From a virus, in the IMG/VR virus record IMGVR_UViG_3300024999_000067, positions 1 through 64,000 of that record: 64,000 bases of DNA. The stretch is one strand, 5' to 3'. Below, one piece after another: positions 61,597-64,000 of the stretch. A program made the translations under genes and the position numbers. Position 1 is the stretch's first letter, and each line of letters opens with the position of its first letter. The notes below the pieces were generated by a model. The model was not told the origin of the DNA. It was given only the letters and a program-made list of their open reading frames with translations, and did not search any database.

Positions 61597-62582
61597 CCGT
61601 TCAAAAGACTCTTTAACCATGGACTAGGATCAGTAAAAGAAGACATTTTACTGCAATAACTTTGTGGATCTTCTCCATCAAATATTGCCACTACTTCAGC
61701 AGGGTTCGTACAAGTATTATAGTACACTTGACGGGTAGAAATAGTTTCACACCACAATAAAATATAGGGGAACAACCCAGGACAAAACGCCAAAATGTCT
61801 TGTACACATTGTGGTATCTCTAAAGGCAGTTGTTCCGTCATTGTCAGCATTTCTTCATTTAACCAAGTAGCTGTTATTGTATTTGTTAAATTTTCTATTT
61901 TATAACCATTAAATCTGGTAGTAGGAATTTTGGAAAGTATATGATATTCTACCCCATCTTTTGTGTACTCAGCTTGTTCTTTAATTTCTTCTTCGGGAAC
62001 TTCCTCTTCCTTTACTTCTTTATCTAGTACCATTTCACAAACATGATATTGGCCTACCGCTTTACCAAATATTCTTACTGCACCGAAACATTCTCTATCA
62101 AATTTTAATTTTATTCCATCAAAAGTTGCTGTTGGGTATGGGATCATTTCCCCGACCGAGTTGAAACAAGGGGATTCCCAAATGATTGTAGCATCTTCAA
62201 GATAAAAATCAAGGGAAACTTCAGAAGAGTTATCCACAAATACAGAAAATTCTCTAGGCTTCTTAACTATTTCCGTGCTGAAAATAGTTCCTACAGCTGG
62301 TGTCACATTGTAAATTAGATCAGGTTTTGATGGCCAAGAGTAAAAACCAAGGTAAACTTTTATTTTTGTTCCGTCAAATTCAACTGGACACCCCACTATC
62401 TTTATTGCCTTTGCAGATGTTCCAGTGGCAGCAGCAGTCCACAATCGATATACGTCCCAAATATTAGCATACTTCAAAACCTTAGATGGAATGATCTGTT
62501 CCAGTTTTACCCATAATTCCAGTAAAGATAAATCAGAATCATCTACCGTATATGTAACACTATGTAAAGTATTATTTCCCAT
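61593..62582 (-). CDS. Structural/tail protein (paralog family)
   Basis: N-terminal LHSVTY...KLEQ shared with neighbours. Confidence 0.55.
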   Translation of the reverse strand: MGNNTLHSVTYTVDDSDLSLLELWVKLEQIIPSKVLKYANIWDVYRLWTAAATGTSAKAIKIVGCPVEFDGTKIKVYLGFYSWPSKPDLIYNVTPAVGTIFSTEIVKKPREFSVFVDNSSEVSLDFYLEDATIIWESPCFNSVGEMIPYPTATFDGIKLKFDRECFGAVRIFGKAVGQYHVCEMVLDKEVKEEEVPEEEIKEQAEYTKDGVEYHILSKIPTTRFNGYKIENLTNTITATWLNEEMLTMTEQLPLEIPQCVQDILAFCPGLFPYILLWCETISTRQVYYNTCTNPAEVVAIFDGEDPQSYCSKMSSFTDPSPWLKSLLNG

Positions 62583-63334
62583 TAGTCTTCAATAACCGTT
62601 TGATCACAATAATCTATCTTTGTAAACTGATCTTCTGGATCAACATGATCTGGTCTAGGTTTATCTGGATTAATATCCACTGAACCAGAATTATTACATT
62701 GACCTTCTTCTGCTCCTTCTGGTGCTTTCAGTTCAATAAACTCGTTTCCACCATCCCATATAGCATAAGCAAAAGCAGTGAACGGATTCTCTATAGCCCC
62801 TACTCTTCTTTGTACTGAAAACGGATACAGGTGCTGGCATACTTTATACTTGACAATAACAGTACCGTATACTTTACTGGCAACATGGGCTCCTGTATCA
62901 GTTAAAGTCAATGCAGGTGGCGTTACTATTGCACCATCAGAACCATAAGCACCCCCTTTCCATCCTGCACTAATAATTTCCATTGCAGGGTATTTGAGAT
63001 CAAGGTCTTGCTCCATATTACATTGAAGCAGTTCTGTAAATATTGGAAACTGGATAATTTTATCCACGTTCAGAGCATTTACCCATCCCATTGAATAAGC
63101 TAAATCCTCTCTTGAAGGGTAAGCGTACACTTTACTGGAATACGTAAGCCCATCGGAAGCACAGTTTGTTTCTGGATCTTTTCCACTAAACATTATTTTG
63201 TTTAGTGCCGTTATAAACTGTACTTTGGTTAACACCCCTACATATGGATCCCATGGCTCTTGTTCTAACAACACAAAATCATTACTGGTCTTGGATTGAA
63301 CTGAGTAAGTGACTGAATGAAGTTGAGTAGACAT
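62582..63334 (-). CDS. Structural/tail protein (paralog family)
   Basis: N-terminal LHSVTY...LLEQ. Confidence 0.55.
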   Translation of the reverse strand: MSTQLHSVTYSVQSKTSNDFVLLEQEPWDPYVGVLTKVQFITALNKIMFSGKDPETNCASDGLTYSSKVYAYPSREDLAYSMGWVNALNVDKIIQFPIFTELLQCNMEQDLDLKYPAMEIISAGWKGGAYGSDGAIVTPPALTLTDTGAHVASKVYGTVIVKYKVCQHLYPFSVQRRVGAIENPFTAFAYAIWDGGNEFIELKAPEGAEEGQCNNSGSVDINPDKPRPDHVDPEDQFTKIDYCDQTVIED

Positions 63335-63406
63335 TTATTTAAACTATTCCATTAAAAATTTTACTTCGGGAATCAATTTATATTCCTTTTGAATACAAGA
63401 CTACCT

Positions 63407-64000
63407 TTACGCAGTTTCTAACGAGACCGCTAAAGTGAAGCTATTGTTTGCAAATGAGGAACATCCCGCAGGAACCACCCTATTCTCTCCTATACAAATA
63501 CTTGCCTCATTAGTGGGTAAAGTCAGGGTATCATTATTCGCCCAAGTACCACCCCAGAATTCTGATTCAATTGTGAAGTAAGGGCGACTACATCTTGGGT
63601 TATTTGGGGAGTAATCAGAAGTGGTAACACCAGCAGCCAATGCCCCGTATCTTGCACTAACACAAGTGAAGTTAGTGGCATTGCTGAAAGTAAAAGTAAA
63701 AGTATCTTGTATGGTACCAATATTGTCAAGCAAAGGTGGGTAAGTGGAATCATCGAATGTACCAGCAGCCGATGATTTAGTGATAGTTCCCTGAGTAGCT
63801 TTCAATGATGCTACTTCGGAAACCTTACTGCAACGGGAACCTTCTGCTACTGTATAGGCGTAGGCAGTTACTGGTGTAAAGGTAAAGGAAGTTTGGGTAC
63901 CAGCTATAGAAGGAACGCTATTTACCGTAACAAACTCTTCGGTTCCTGTAACAGCATCAGGAGTGGCTTTATTGGTTAATCGAATTTTGCTTCCGTTTAC
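63407..64000 (-). CDS. Tail protein, 5'-partial (frame open to the window edge)
   Basis: No stop from 64000 to 63407; FTFSNATNF, SPNNP...PYFTI...WGGTW. Confidence 0.65.
   Translation of the reverse strand, partial: VNGSKIRLTNKATPDAVTGTEEFVTVNSVPSIAGTQTSFTFTPVTAYAYTVAEGSRCSKVSEVASLKATQGTITKSSAAGTFDDSTYPPLLDNIGTIQDTFTFTFSNATNFTCVSARYGALAAGVTTSDYSPNNPRCSRPYFTIESEFWGGTWANNDTLTLPTNEASICIGENRVVPAGCSSFANNSFTLAVSLETA

Noticed and set aside
1-64000. Stop-codon reassignment
   Set aside because: Core genes are full length in the standard code, and TAA, TAG and TGA all end genes
1-64000. Integrase, repressor, rRNA or CRISPR array
   Set aside because: None recognised in this window; lifestyle cannot be determined from it

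Overview
A 64-kb slice of a large, AT-rich dsDNA tailed-phage genome in the standard genetic code, with two convergent arms. The + strand (1-44,996) starts with small early genes, including DUF2786- and DUF932-like proteins and a Ser/Arg repeat peptide. It continues with replication, recombination and nucleotide-metabolism genes: SF2 helicase, primase, a putative initiator with an internal origin, DnaB, beta-clamp, UDG-PolA fusion, clamp loader, UvsY-like, gp32-like SSB, RecA, 5' exonuclease, resolvase, ligase, split Rad50 with Mre11, and thymidylate synthase. Embedded in it is a 7-deazaguanine DNA-modification cluster (queD, queE, folE, queC and an intein-containing dpdA/TGT-like gene) that also carries an unexplained radical SAM enzyme, HAD phosphatase and SAM methyltransferase. 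The - strand (44,991-64,000) holds tail genes, the remains of a diversity-generating retroelement (DGR), lipoproteins and a lysis module (GH108) with a response regulator, a secreted nuclease and a ferredoxin. Best leads: (1) the extended deazaguanine cluster, which may make an undescribed base, with a possibly split transglycosylase; (2) a DGR whose target variable region and hairpin are intact but where avd is joined out of frame to mid-RT, with no template repeat; (3) a tRNA-like RNA with no anticodon loop. All family calls come from motif recognition by eye, not from database searches.
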